This document shows, piece after piece, positions 51,599 through 64,000 of a DNA stretch of 64,000 nucleotides. The DNA is from the human T2T-CHM13v2.0 reference genome, Homo sapiens. The notes under the pieces were generated by a model, which saw nothing but the letters and a program-made list of their open reading frames with translations, did not search any database and was not told the DNA's origin. Within the stretch, counting starts at the first letter, position 1; each line of letters starts with the position of its first letter. The position numbers and the translations under genes were made by a program. The stretch lies in NCBI RefSeq assembly GCF_009914755.1, contig NC_060947.1; one strand, 5' to 3'.

Positions 51599-52239
51599 AT
51601 CTCAATCACTGGAATAGCCTCTGGTAGGCAGTATACTTTCCTAGTTCCTACTGATAGGTAACTGAATATTTCTAGAGAAAAATCATGAAAGAATGCTGAC
51701 TGAAACTGGAAATCATGTATGTCCCGTGGTTTTAGCTAAAACACTCTCAGTAACCCTTCCTTCATATCTTCTTGATTCTTGAGTCTTGAGCACCCCCCCC
51801 CCAATTTTATCCTTGAATTCGCTTTTATTTCCTTCTTACTGAGTAGCCTATAATAACATTCCATGAGGGGAAAAGCCAGGAATGGGAATGTTCATCTTGG
51901 CCAAATCAAGTGAAGGAGAAAAGGTTTAGGCTTGAGGTTTGTCATCCATGGGTTCATCAGTGTACAGAAACTACCGTCTCAAAGTTCATCAGTAACCTCA
52001 CAGGTGCCAAATTCATTGACCAAAAGTTGTAGGCCTTCCTCTGAAGTCCTCGCAGCATTTTGCCAATAGTCTCTTTTTGTGATTCCCTCTTTCTTGGCAC
52101 TCTTGAGCCCACACTCTTCTGCCGCTATACTACCCTCTCCCATTTTTCTTGATCTTATTCTAATTTATTAAATGGATGTCTTAGACATTACCACTTCTCA
52201 CTCATGTTCAGATTTCATCTTCATCCCAGGTTTCTGAAG

Positions 52240-52630
52240 GATTATATGTGTGAACTTCTTGCCAATGCTTAGCTTTGGCCAAATCCAAAAAGCAGGCAGA
52301 AAGTTTAGTTAGGCAAGGCCATATGATGAGTTCTACCCAAAAGATTGTGAGGGGGAACTGATGGCTGTCACTTACAGGCTGAAGAAATTAAAAGTCACTG
52401 TGAGACCCTCTAACTCTCTCTTCTCCTTTCTTGGTGAGATGTTGAGATGTTGCAGCCATAAGATGGAAGCACATCCTGGTTCTCTGAGGCCCCTGTGGAG
52501 GAAAGATACCCTGGAGAATTGTTGAGGCTCCATGGAACATCGCACAAGTGAGAAACAAATTTTGTTGTATTAAATCATTGAAACTTCATAGCTTTTTAGT
52601 TAAAGCAACCTGGTGTATCTTGACTGATTC
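52240..52630 (+). mobile_element. MLT1J/K-like LTR remnant
   Basis: GCAGCCATAAGATGGAAG...CAAGTGAGAAACAAATTTTGTTGTATTAAATCATTGAAA...TGACTGATTCA. Confidence 0.55.
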
Positions 52631-52649
52631 AGGGATCATTATTCAAACT

Positions 52650-53960
52650 TCCTCCTCGTATTCTTTCTTTCACAATATATTCATATACTGGTCAATGCCA
52701 TTCATCCTTAGAGCTTCATTATCACTTCCATGTCAAGCATATCTAAATTAATAAATTCAGGCAGACTCTTTTCAGCGACTTCTAATTCTGCATGTCCAAT
52801 TGCTCATTGGGCATCCCTTTGCTGATGTCCTTCTGAAACATTAAAATTCCAGTGTACAAAACCAAACCCATGTTCTTTCCCTCACATCCAGGCCCACCTT
52901 GTGATATATCTATTTCTATTAAACTCCCGTGTTGTGAAAAATAAAATTACTCCTCAGCATATGCAATCACCTAGTACTACCTGTTACTCCATCTCCTGGG
53001 TAACTCTCCCTCTGCCATTTCTGATTCCTCTGCTTGGTCCCTCACTGGATCTCAGTCATCTGCAGCTAGAGAGATTAAGACATCCACTGTCATCACTCCA
53101 CTGACGCACTCTTCCTAAAAACACCAGGAACCCATACAGTGGACATATTTTAAACCTTATAATGCTAGATTTTTCTTCTGTACTAACACTAGTTATCATT
53201 GTTATCCTCTAAAAACTTGATTCTCTTCATCTCTGTGATGACTCCTTTTACATTTCAGTTATAGGCTTCTCTTCTGACCAGGTCTTAAATGTCATTGCTT
53301 CCCAAGCATCTATCCTTACAACCTTCCTCTTCATGGGTTTCTCTGAATGCTTTAGTCTTTTCCCACGGCTTTAAATATTTCTGCACACAGGGGACGTGTT
53401 TATCTCAGGCTGTGGTCTTGCCCTTTCTCCCAAATTCCACCCGTTCACTGGATCCTTACACCTACTTGAATATCCCTCACGTACTTTAAACTCAAGATTT
53501 TCAAAGGTGAACTCATTGTCTTATGCCTAAACGTCTTTCTTCCACTGTATTTACTTTGGCAGTTGGTAGACACCCAAGATAGAACCATCAGATTTAGATC
53601 ATTACCTCCATTTACTTCCCCACATTGTTTAATCACCACATCCTGCTGGTTTTGCCTCATAAAAATTTCTTCAGCCTCTTCCTTCAACTCCACCATTGCC
53701 CACTACCTACTGCCCCCATTTAGGTCTTCATCTTCATTTTCTTTGACTATTACAATAGTGTCTGAGTAGCCCTCCTGCCTCCAACCTTATTCCCTTCAAA
53801 TATCTCCTCCCACTTCAGATGGCCTGGATATAAGTATGTCCCCAATTTGAGTTCCTTAGCTCTTTACCACGGCCCATGGGATAAAAGTGCAAACTCCTTA
53901 ACAAAAGGCAAGCAAGGCTTGTCGCTGATGTGGCCCCATCAACCTCTCTGTTCTCATCTC
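52650..53960 (+). mobile_element. L2 remnants
   Basis: CT-rich; TCTTTTCCCACGGCTTTAAATAT; CCTCACGTACTTTAAACTCAAG; AAAGTGCAAACTCCTTAAC. Confidence 0.6.
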
Positions 53961-54629
53961 TAACCTCTTATCGAGTTATATTACTCAAAAACTAATTTAT
54001 GCTAAATGCTCTTGCTAATCTTCCCAAAGCATAGCTCACTCTTTACATTAATATGCTCAAAAGCATCATCTTCTTATTGTCTATCGAATGGAGACTGACC
54101 TTTTAGCCTTGGAATTCAAGGTTCTCCATCTAAACTCTGGGATTTTACCACTCATGATGGAAGTTTCCTAAATAGTTCCAAATAAAGAACATGTGGGGCC
54201 AGAATTGCTTCAGTGACTCATAACTCTGGGCTTGGTAATGAAGGACAGGAATGAGACTACAAGTAGGGATCGAGCGACCCCAGTTGTGAGAAGAAAAATG
54301 AGGGCTGCCAAGCCTACATTGTGACAGACATTTTTACACTGAGTAAACCAAGTCTGGGAAAGTTTAAGTCTCCCAGAGTTACAAACTTGATAATGTAAGA
54401 GGCAGGTTTAAATACCTGTTCTCTTTCAATCTAGAGCCCCATTTATTGCTGGTGCACAAAACGCCTTCCAGTATTTCCATATTGAATGTTTATTCTATCA
54501 CAATCCTACTCGTATTTCCAGGTGCAGCCAGAATCCACAAAGACTTTCTTGAATCACTCAATACATGGTCATGTATTCATTACAGAACTATCTGTGAAAA
54601 ATGGAAATATTCTCTAACTTTGTTTTCTA

Positions 54630-54935
54630 GCCTAGGAGCTACTAGCCACATGCGGTTATTGAGTACTTGAAACGTGGTTAGTAGGACTGAGGAACTGAAT
54701 TTTAAATGTTATTTAAATTTAATTACTTAAATTCAAAGGTGATTAGCTGCATGGGTCTAGTGGATCTGTAGCTCTAGATTTCTGCTATTCAAAAATGGTC
54801 AATCTGCATTGGCATCACCTGGGAAGTTAGTAGATATGTTGAATCTCAGGCCCTACCTCAGACCTGCTAAATCAGAATTTGTAACAAGTTCTCCAGGTGA
54901 TTCATCTGCACATTGAAGTATGAGAAACACTTCTC
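54630..54935. mobile_element. MER3-like followed by MER5A-like MITEs
   Basis: GCTACTAGCCACATGCGGTTATTGAGTACTTGAAACGTGG; GCATCACCTGGGAAGTT...CCAGGTGATTCATCTGCACATTGAAGTATGAGAAACACT. Confidence 0.8.
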
Positions 54936-55419
54936 TAGGGCATTTGTTAGCAGTAGTTTATGGCTTTTCAAAAACCATATTTCATATCAAGTTTTATAAT
55001 ACAGGCACCTAGAGGGGAGGAAACATTCAGATAGCTAAGTAACTATTTGTTGAATTAAACATAGCCTGTATACTTAAAGAATCTATTATATATGTGGAAA
55101 ATAGGTGGCCATTTCTAAGAGAAGAGTTCTGAGCAAACAAAGAATACAGCATATATAATTATAAAGATCTTCCCTTGAGACCTGGCCCCAGTTGATTCAA
55201 TAAACACATATTGATTAACTGTGATGTGGCAGGAATCTTCTAGGGACAGGAAATATAGTAGTGAGTATGACATAATCCTTGCCCATATGGAGCTCACAGA
55301 TGAGGAAAGGAGAGCAAGTGTTCAAGTCTAAATAATCTGTATTATAAAAAAGCAAAGTTTCTATTGGTCCACAATCACTGATTTCAGTATCATTTTAATT
55401 CTTAATATTACTAAGTTTT

Positions 55420-56025
<606 letters not shown>

Positions 56026-58799
56026 CTCCACTCTTTTTGAATGGATTCAGAGTAAAACAGTTCAATGAGAAAGATGTCTCTATTTTTGATGGAAGAAACT
56101 TGAAGAAAATGGACCAGTGGAATAGAGATCTGAGTCACCACCTTGGCTTCTTCCATGAATCTGCAATGGGAGCTCCAGTCTAAGAAGAATCATCACCAGC
56201 TACAATAGCTCCCAAAAGAATGCTCAAGAGAGGACCTTTTGGGGGAATTGCATTGTGGATGTACTTCTTCCTTCTTTGATACCTCTACTTGAATAGGTGG
56301 CTTAGTTTCCTTTTTTGAGATCCTGGAGTTCTCTGCTTAATTTATGTGGGAGAGTAGCAGAAACTGGAATACACTTTTCGCCACACCTTTTGACAGGAGT
56401 CAAAAGGATTTAATCCAGTTCTCAAACCCAGGCTGCATGTCAGAATTCTCTGGCAGGCTTCCTTAAAAACATTGACATGGGTGACATCAGTGAAAATGTT
56501 GGAGCACGGAACTCTAAAAAACTGCCTTTTGGGGAACCAAGGGCCCCTTTGGCTACCAGCCAGGCTCTGCTCAAGGACACCAATCCTTCGTTTCCATCAT
56601 GTTGAGGACCTATGACCTTTGAGCTACCTTAAGTATTTGTGATAGAGACCTAGGGGCCCTTTCAGTCACCTGCCAGACCAAGCACAGAGAGCTGAGGTCC
56701 CTCTGAGCCACTAGCCTCCGCTCCCACTAAGTTAAGGGTGGACCTTCTGGCCATGAGTCAGTTCTCTGGGTCACTGGTTGTATGGCAGAATGAGAAACCG
56801 GGAACCTTTCAGGCCACAAGTTGGGAAAATTTGGCTCCCTTTAGTCACCATCAGTGCCTGCAGATGGTGCTCTGAAGGTCCTTCCAGGCACCACTCTGCC
56901 TGTGCACCCTAGGGTTCCAGCCTTCCCACTCACTGAGGAACTGACAGCACTTTAGGTCATCTGTCCCCCCATGCACTGTGGCCCTGGAATCCTTTCCTGC
57001 CTGCCTGCTGGGATTCCGGGACCCTTTGGGCCACAAGTCTGCCCAAGTGCTAGAGAACTGTGACTCCTTTTGTCCACCATTATAGCCTCATGTTGGGTGC
57101 TCCAGGAAACATTCCAGGAATTGACCTGCCCATGTGCTAGCGTCTTGGTATTCCTTCTGACCACATGCCATCCTGCTTGTTGGGGAGCCAAGGGCATTTT
57201 TGGCTACCTTCCCTCCAATGAGGGGGTGCCCAGAGGCCTTTGAGTAACTTGCCTGTCTGCACACTAGGTTATGGACTCCTTCAGACCGTCAGCAGCCTCT
57301 ATCTAAGCTGGGGAAACAAAAGTCATTTTGGCTACCGTATGACCCTCATGGTGCAAACCAGTGGAATCTTCTGCTCACACACCAACTGCCCTTTCGAGGT
57401 CTCGAGGGCTTTCTGGCCATCATCCCTCTACTTGCCAGTTATCAGGGCCACATGCAGGACTCTATATTCACGGGCACACAGGAAATGGGAGTGTGTGCAC
57501 CGGCCTGATTTTAGTATGGGGAATACCTGCCCCCTTCAGCCACCATCAGTGCCTTGAAGTTCCTCCTGGCCACTAGACTTCCCTAGCACTTGGGTTCCAG
57601 GCTCCTCCTGCCCACTAGCCTTCCAACTTGCTGTGGAACTGAAACCATTTTGGCTACCTTTCCTTCACTGTGCTGAAGCACTTGGGGCCCACGGAATCAC
57701 TAGAATACCCGTCTGCTGGAGTTGGGAGGATTCTTACAGCCACAAATTAGTCTGGGTTCCTGGTGAAGGGAGATTCCTCTCAGCCTTTGTCATTTATATA
57801 TGATTGTTCCTTGGTGGCATTCCTAGCACCAATTTGCTCTAGGACTAGGGCTCTGGTCTTCTTAAGGCTACTAACCTTTCCGCTTACTGAGGAACCAACT
57901 GAAGTTTCAGCCACCTCATCTCTGTGGTACTGTTGACACTGGCATCCATCCAGTCCCTAACCTGCTCTCCCCATGCAGTTTTGGGTTTCTTTGGGGCCAC
58001 GAGCTTGCCTGCGCGCTGGGAAATTGTGGCTCCTTTTAGCCACCACCTTATCCTTCCCCCAGCCACCTGGGGAAACTTCCAGGCAGCAACCTGAACAAGT
58101 GCTATGGTTCTGGGTGTTTTTCTTGCCATCAGGCTTCCCCTTTGCTGCTGAATAGGAGAGCATTTTAGGCCACTTTCCTGCATAGCGCTGCTGTCTGGGG
58201 AGCCCATCTTGTCACTAGTCTGGCTGCTGGGATTCCTGTCACTCTTTGCTCCACAGGCCAGCCCATGTGCTGGGAAACTATGACTCTTTTTGCTCATCAT
58301 AGTTCCTTCAAGGTAGTGCCCTGGAGGTACCTTCTGGTTTCCGGTGGTCCTTCAGGCCATAAGCTTCCCTTGAGCTGGGGAAATGGAAACTTTTCAGATC
58401 CCTTTCTTCCAGTGATCTGATGCCACGTGGGCCAACCAGTCACCAGCCTACCGGTATGCTTAGGTTGTGGGAGATACTTTAGGCCATAACCATGCTGGTG
58501 TTTTTGGGAAACATGGCTCTTCTTGGCAACCATAATACCTTATTGAGGGTGCCCTGGGCATAAGCCTTCCCTGCTGCTAAGGTTCTGGTCAGCTTCCCAG
58601 CACCAGCCTTCTCCCTTGTTGGGGAAGGGGACTTTCAATCACCTTCGCTGCAGTGTGCTGATTTGGAGGGGAGAAGGGTGATGTGGGGTGCCCATCTGGT
58701 CTATAGCCTATCCACTTGCAGAAGTTGCTGTCATCCTTTGCCACAACTTGACCACGTGATGGAAAATCTTAATTTCTTTCAGCCACCATCACATCTTCC

Positions 58800-59620
<821 letters not shown>

Positions 59621-60754
59621 TTCCAATTAGTGCCTCCAGAGAACTTTCCAGGTATCAGCCTGCCTGCATGCCTGGATTTCTTTTGTTCTTAAGCTCACTG
59701 ACCTTCCCCCTTGCTGGGGAAACGGGTGAAGTTTTGCCCACCTCACCTGCAGTGTGCTGCTGCTCTGGGACCCATCTGGTCACTAGCCTGCCTTCCCTCA
59801 TCTATTTCTTGGGGCACAAACCTGCAGACATGCTGAAGAACTGTGACTCCTTTTGGCCAGAGTCTTTTCTTTGCCCTGTCCCCCTAGAGAACCTTCCGGC
59901 CATCAGCCTGCCTATGTGCTATGTCTCCAGTTGTCCTTCCAGCCGTCAGCCTTCCCCATTACTGGCAAACTTCTGTCACTTTTGGCTTCCGTCTCTGAAG
60001 TTTACTGATTCCATGAGTGCCTGTCTGGCCGCTAATCTGTCTGCCCACTGAGTTTTGGGGGATGTTTTAGGTCACAAGCCATCCCGTGTACTGCAAAGCT
60101 GTGGTTCATTTCTCCCTTAGTCATATTCTTGCACTGGTGCCCTTGGGGAAATTTCTGGGTACCAGCCTGCCAACATGGGACAGTTCTGCTTGTTCTTCTA
60201 GCCTTCTCCTTTGCTGTGGAACAGAGAGCACTTTAGGTCACGTTTCCTGCATAGTGCTGATGCTAGAAATAGCTTTGTGGGAGATTTTGATGAAGTTTCA
60301 TAGACCAGTGTTTAAAAGTAAGAGTGAAAATCCATGGATCCTAGGATAATTGCTTCAAACGTTGTTACTTAATAAGAGCCAAAAAGTTACTCTTTCAAAG
60401 ATGTGAGTGAAACAGTGATTTTCACACGACTGTTCTGGAATTCCTCTTAAGATTACTTTATAGGATTGAACTCCACATGGGATCCTTGTAGAACAGTGTG
60501 CCGTGCAGTCCATTGCTGTTCTACCCCTGACCACCTAGGAAAGCAATATTGGCTGAGTGCTGTTTGCATGTACACCTGAAATAAATCCCACTGTAGTTTC
60601 TAGTCCAGTGAGAAACTAAATGAAGCACTAATGGTAAAGCAGGAGAAAGCCAACAGCAAAATAACAGTGTTAATGAATATCATTGCAAATCCTCTTCTAT
60701 AATCCTGGGCTTGGCCTGTAAGCAACAGCTCCTCCCAAAGCACACATTCTGCTA

Positions 60755-61240
60755 TCAAGCTATGAAAAGACATGGAGAAAACTTACTCCATATTACTGTC
60801 TGAAAGAAGCCAGTCTGAAAAGGCTACCTACTGTACAATTCCAACTGTGACATTCTGGAAAAGGCAAAACTGTGGAGACAGTAAAATGATCAGTGGTTGC
60901 CAGAGATTATGGGGAAGGGAGAAATGAACAGATAGATCGCAGAGAATTTTTAGGACAGCGAAGCTATTCCATATGATACCATAATGCTAGATACATGTCA
61001 TTATACGTCGAAACCCATCGAATGTACAACACCAAGAGTGAATCCCAATGTAAACTATGGACTTGGGTGATAATGATATATCAATGCAGGTTCGTCAACT
61101 GTAAGAAATGTACTTTCTGGTGGGGGATGCTGATAATGGTGGAGTTTGCAAGTGTGGGGGCAGGAGGTATATGGGAAATCTCCGTACTTTCCTCTCCATT
61201 TTGCTGTGAACCTAAAATTGCTCTAAAAAAAATAAAGTCT
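60755..61240 (+). mobile_element. L1MC1-like 3'UTR
   Basis: GAAAGAAGCCAGTCTGAAAAGGCTAC...ACAACACCAAGAGTGAATCCCAATGTAAACTATGGACTT...CCTAAAATTGCTCTAAAAAAAATAAAGTC. Confidence 0.88.
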
Positions 61241-62269
61241 ATTAGCAAAAAGAGGTACTCATTCCGAGAGATTACTTCAAAGTCACAGCTGTAATCAGAT
61301 AATGAGATCATGCAACTCAAGTTCCCATGGTTTATGTCAACAAAAGAGATGTTATCCCTGCAATTTCAATTGCCAAAGGGATGTTTGGATTATAAAAAAC
61401 ATCCCTGAATTATCAGTATAAGAAAATGGACACAAGTGCTGGCTAAATATAATTGGTTAAAGTTATGGTACAGAAAACTGTATTTTTCCCTATTTAATTT
61501 TATTTGATAGGACAAAAAATTACTTGCCAATCGCTTCCCCTGCTGTCATGCTGTGTTTCGAGCCTCATTATGCTGAACTCTAGTACACACCTATTATTCT
61601 TCAATTTTTCTCTTAATTTATTCAGGTATTTCTATGATTCTTAATTTTTACTTGGCCCTGAGGATATGAAGAAAAAAAAAAACACAAACCCACCCCCATT
61701 TCTTGTTTCCAAGAAAAATGGCACAGAGTCATAGGAAAACATGGACGAAAAGGTGCACTTTATCAATTAAGAGGAGGGATTGTTTAGAGTTTTTCACTTC
61801 TAGAGAAACGTCTCAATAAAGTCATTTTATGAACCTTAGTTTTGAGACAGTACAGTTGAAAATGTATATTGTGAAGCCTTAAAACAAGTTCTTGCCACTG
61901 CTTTCTACTCTATCCAGACTGTATCGATAGGTTGATGTGGGTAGGGTGGAGAGGAGCCTGTTGCAGTCCTAAAAATGGATTTAATGTTCTTTTATTAATA
62001 CTTTACCTAATTTTCCAATTTTTAAGTTGGACTTCGTATTTGCCAGCCATCATGCTAATAATCATGATTTTAAGGAATGCAGCCTCTAAGGCCTTACGGT
62101 AAGAAAAATACTAGAAAGAATATCTTTTCCTTTGCTGTTTAATGAGGCCATCACCCTTTTAATTCTTATGGATTTTCTCACTCATTACTAGCTGTGGAGT
62201 AGCAGGAGATTCTCTGCTTCTTTGCTACCTTAAAACCAATAATGCACATTAACTAACACCTTAAAGAAG

Positions 62270-63110
62270 ATACTAACACAGAGATTATAACGATTTAACA
62301 CAAGAATAACCTGTTACAGTAAAGCAGGGCTTATCTCAGGAATGCAGGAATGATAAAATATAAGGACATGCAGTAATATAATTATGTTGATAATACTCTA
62401 ACAGCAGAAAGGCATTTGCTAAAATTGAACATTTAAAGGCATTTTTAAAAAGGGATTGAAGATTTTTCCATATATACATGTATATATATATTTTGACAGC
62501 CCTTATCAAAAACCTGTCATAATTATCGTCAATAGCACATTGCTAGAGAATAAGCTCAGGAACAACAATAACAAACATCTATGTTTACTGTTTTTATATA
62601 GTAGCATTTTGGAAATGTTTATTAATACAGCAAGCCATGTAAAAGAAAATAATACACGCTATTATTATGAAATGGCAAGATTATACACGTAGACATCCAA
62701 GGCATTCAGCTAAAAATAACAATCTTTAGTCTTAATGAAAGTTTAATTAAGGGAGCAGTATATGATACGCAGAAGTCAATAGTATTCTGTACATTCACAG
62801 AAAAGAAATAGAACAATTTCAAAAAGGTCAATTCAATGGAAATATAATGCTCTTAAAAACTATAAAGAATAAACATAACAAAAGATGTAGAGAAGCTAAA
62901 TAAAGACAATTGCAAAATTGCACTGGTGTACTGAAAAGACGACCTGCATAAGTGGAAAACTGTGACATATTATGGGATGGAAAGACTGAATATTTTCTAG
63001 TTGTTCTAAGTTATGTTTTAGATGACCTGGAATTAAATCCTTAATCCCAAATAGTTTTTTTTCTGAAAGTTGATGATTTTATTCTAAAGTTCAACTGTTA
63101 AAACAAATAG
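62270..63110 (+). mobile_element. Very old L1M ORF2 remnant
   Basis: GCTTATCTCAGGAATGCAGG, GCAGAAAGGCATTTGCTAAAATTGAACA, GGATGGAAAGACTGAATATT. Confidence 0.6.
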
Positions 63111-63269
63111 TTAACCTTTACAAATACACATTTGGAAATAAGGATTTTCACAAAACAATGCAGAGATCCAGAAATGTGAACTACATGAGCAAATATAGAA
63201 GATCTTCAATTCAAATCACCATTTAAATCACAATTTAAATTTGTATCTAAATCCTTTCAAAAGATCATT

Positions 63270-63862
63270 AACTGTTTTTCAGAAAATTACTACAAACTCC
63301 AGCAACTCTACTTCTAGATATCTACTCAAAAGTGTTGACAGCAGGAACTTGAGCAGATATTTGTGCACCAGTGTTCATAGCAGCGTTATTCTCAATAGCC
63401 AAAAGGTAGAAATAACCCAAATGAACACTGATGGATGAGTAGATGAACAACATGTGGCATGGGTATGTACATACAGTGGAATATTATTCAGCTTTAAAAA
63501 TGAATGAAATTTTGATACATGCCGAAACATAAACGAATCTTGAAAATAGTGCGCTAAGTGAAATAAGCCAGACACAAAAGAACAAATATTGTATGCTTCT
63601 GCTTACATGAGGTACCTCGAGTGGTCAAATTCATGGAGACAGAAGTAAAATAGTGGCTACCAGGGGCTGGAGGGTGAGGGGAATGGGGAGTTATTGTTTA
63701 ATGGGTATAGCATTTCAGTTTGGGGTGCGATAAAGTTTTGGAGATGGATGGTGGTGGTGGTTGCACAACAATGCGAATGTACTTAATGCCATTGAATTGT
63801 ACACTTAGAGATGGTTAAAATGGTAATTTTACATTATGTCTATTTTCCCACAATAAAAAAAG
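63270..63862 (+). mobile_element. L1MB (MB4/5-like) 3' end
   Basis: GTACATACAGTGGAATATTATTCAGC...GAGGTACCTCGAGTGGTCAAATTCATGGAGACAGAA...CCACAATAAAAAAA. Confidence 0.88.
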
Positions 63863-64000
63863 ACTTAAATATATTAAAAGTCATAACAATGTATTGTGGC
63901 AGCATGTGCACACATGTGCACACACACACAGACCAGGAGGGGAAAAATATAAATAAACTATAGGAAGGTGTTTATACTACATGTGAGGTGGTATATACAT

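Noticed and set aside
57884-58533. Minus-strand ORFs with repeated MxxKKSH-like motifs as a current protein-coding gene
   Set aside because: The periodicity reflects the 42/250-bp DNA repeat. Frames are short, broken and interrupted by an LTR. Only a decayed coding origin remains possible.

Overview
AT-rich, CpG-depleted primate (very probably human) genomic DNA, intergenic or deep intronic. It starts at an EcoRI site, which suggests a clone end. I recognise no protein-coding gene: the supplied ORFs are L1, Alu, LTR or simple-repeat derived, or chance. The window is mostly layered transposon fossils: L1PA, L1MA-ME, Alu/FLAM, MIR, L2, L3, MaLR and ERV1 solo LTRs, and MER2/3/5/20/58. Two structures stand out. 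(1) One ~5.1-kb retrotransposed unit (39216-44321) bounded by a 16-bp target-site duplication. It comprises a full-length U6 snRNA fused to a 5'-truncated old L1PA, a ~590-bp 3' transduction ending in a prematurely polyadenylated MER2, and a later nested 5'-inverted (twin-primed) L1. (2) A ~3.7-kb highly decayed GC-richer tandem array (56525-60270) with ~42-bp monomers in a ~250-bp higher-order period, split by a solo LTR. Smaller items are an Alu whose tail appears inverted, a 101-bp tandem duplication, a perfect 3x26-bp repeat, three-level element nesting and a few exon-like segments on the + strand. Repeat subfamily names come from recalled consensus motifs, not from a search, and the boundaries of old elements are approximate.
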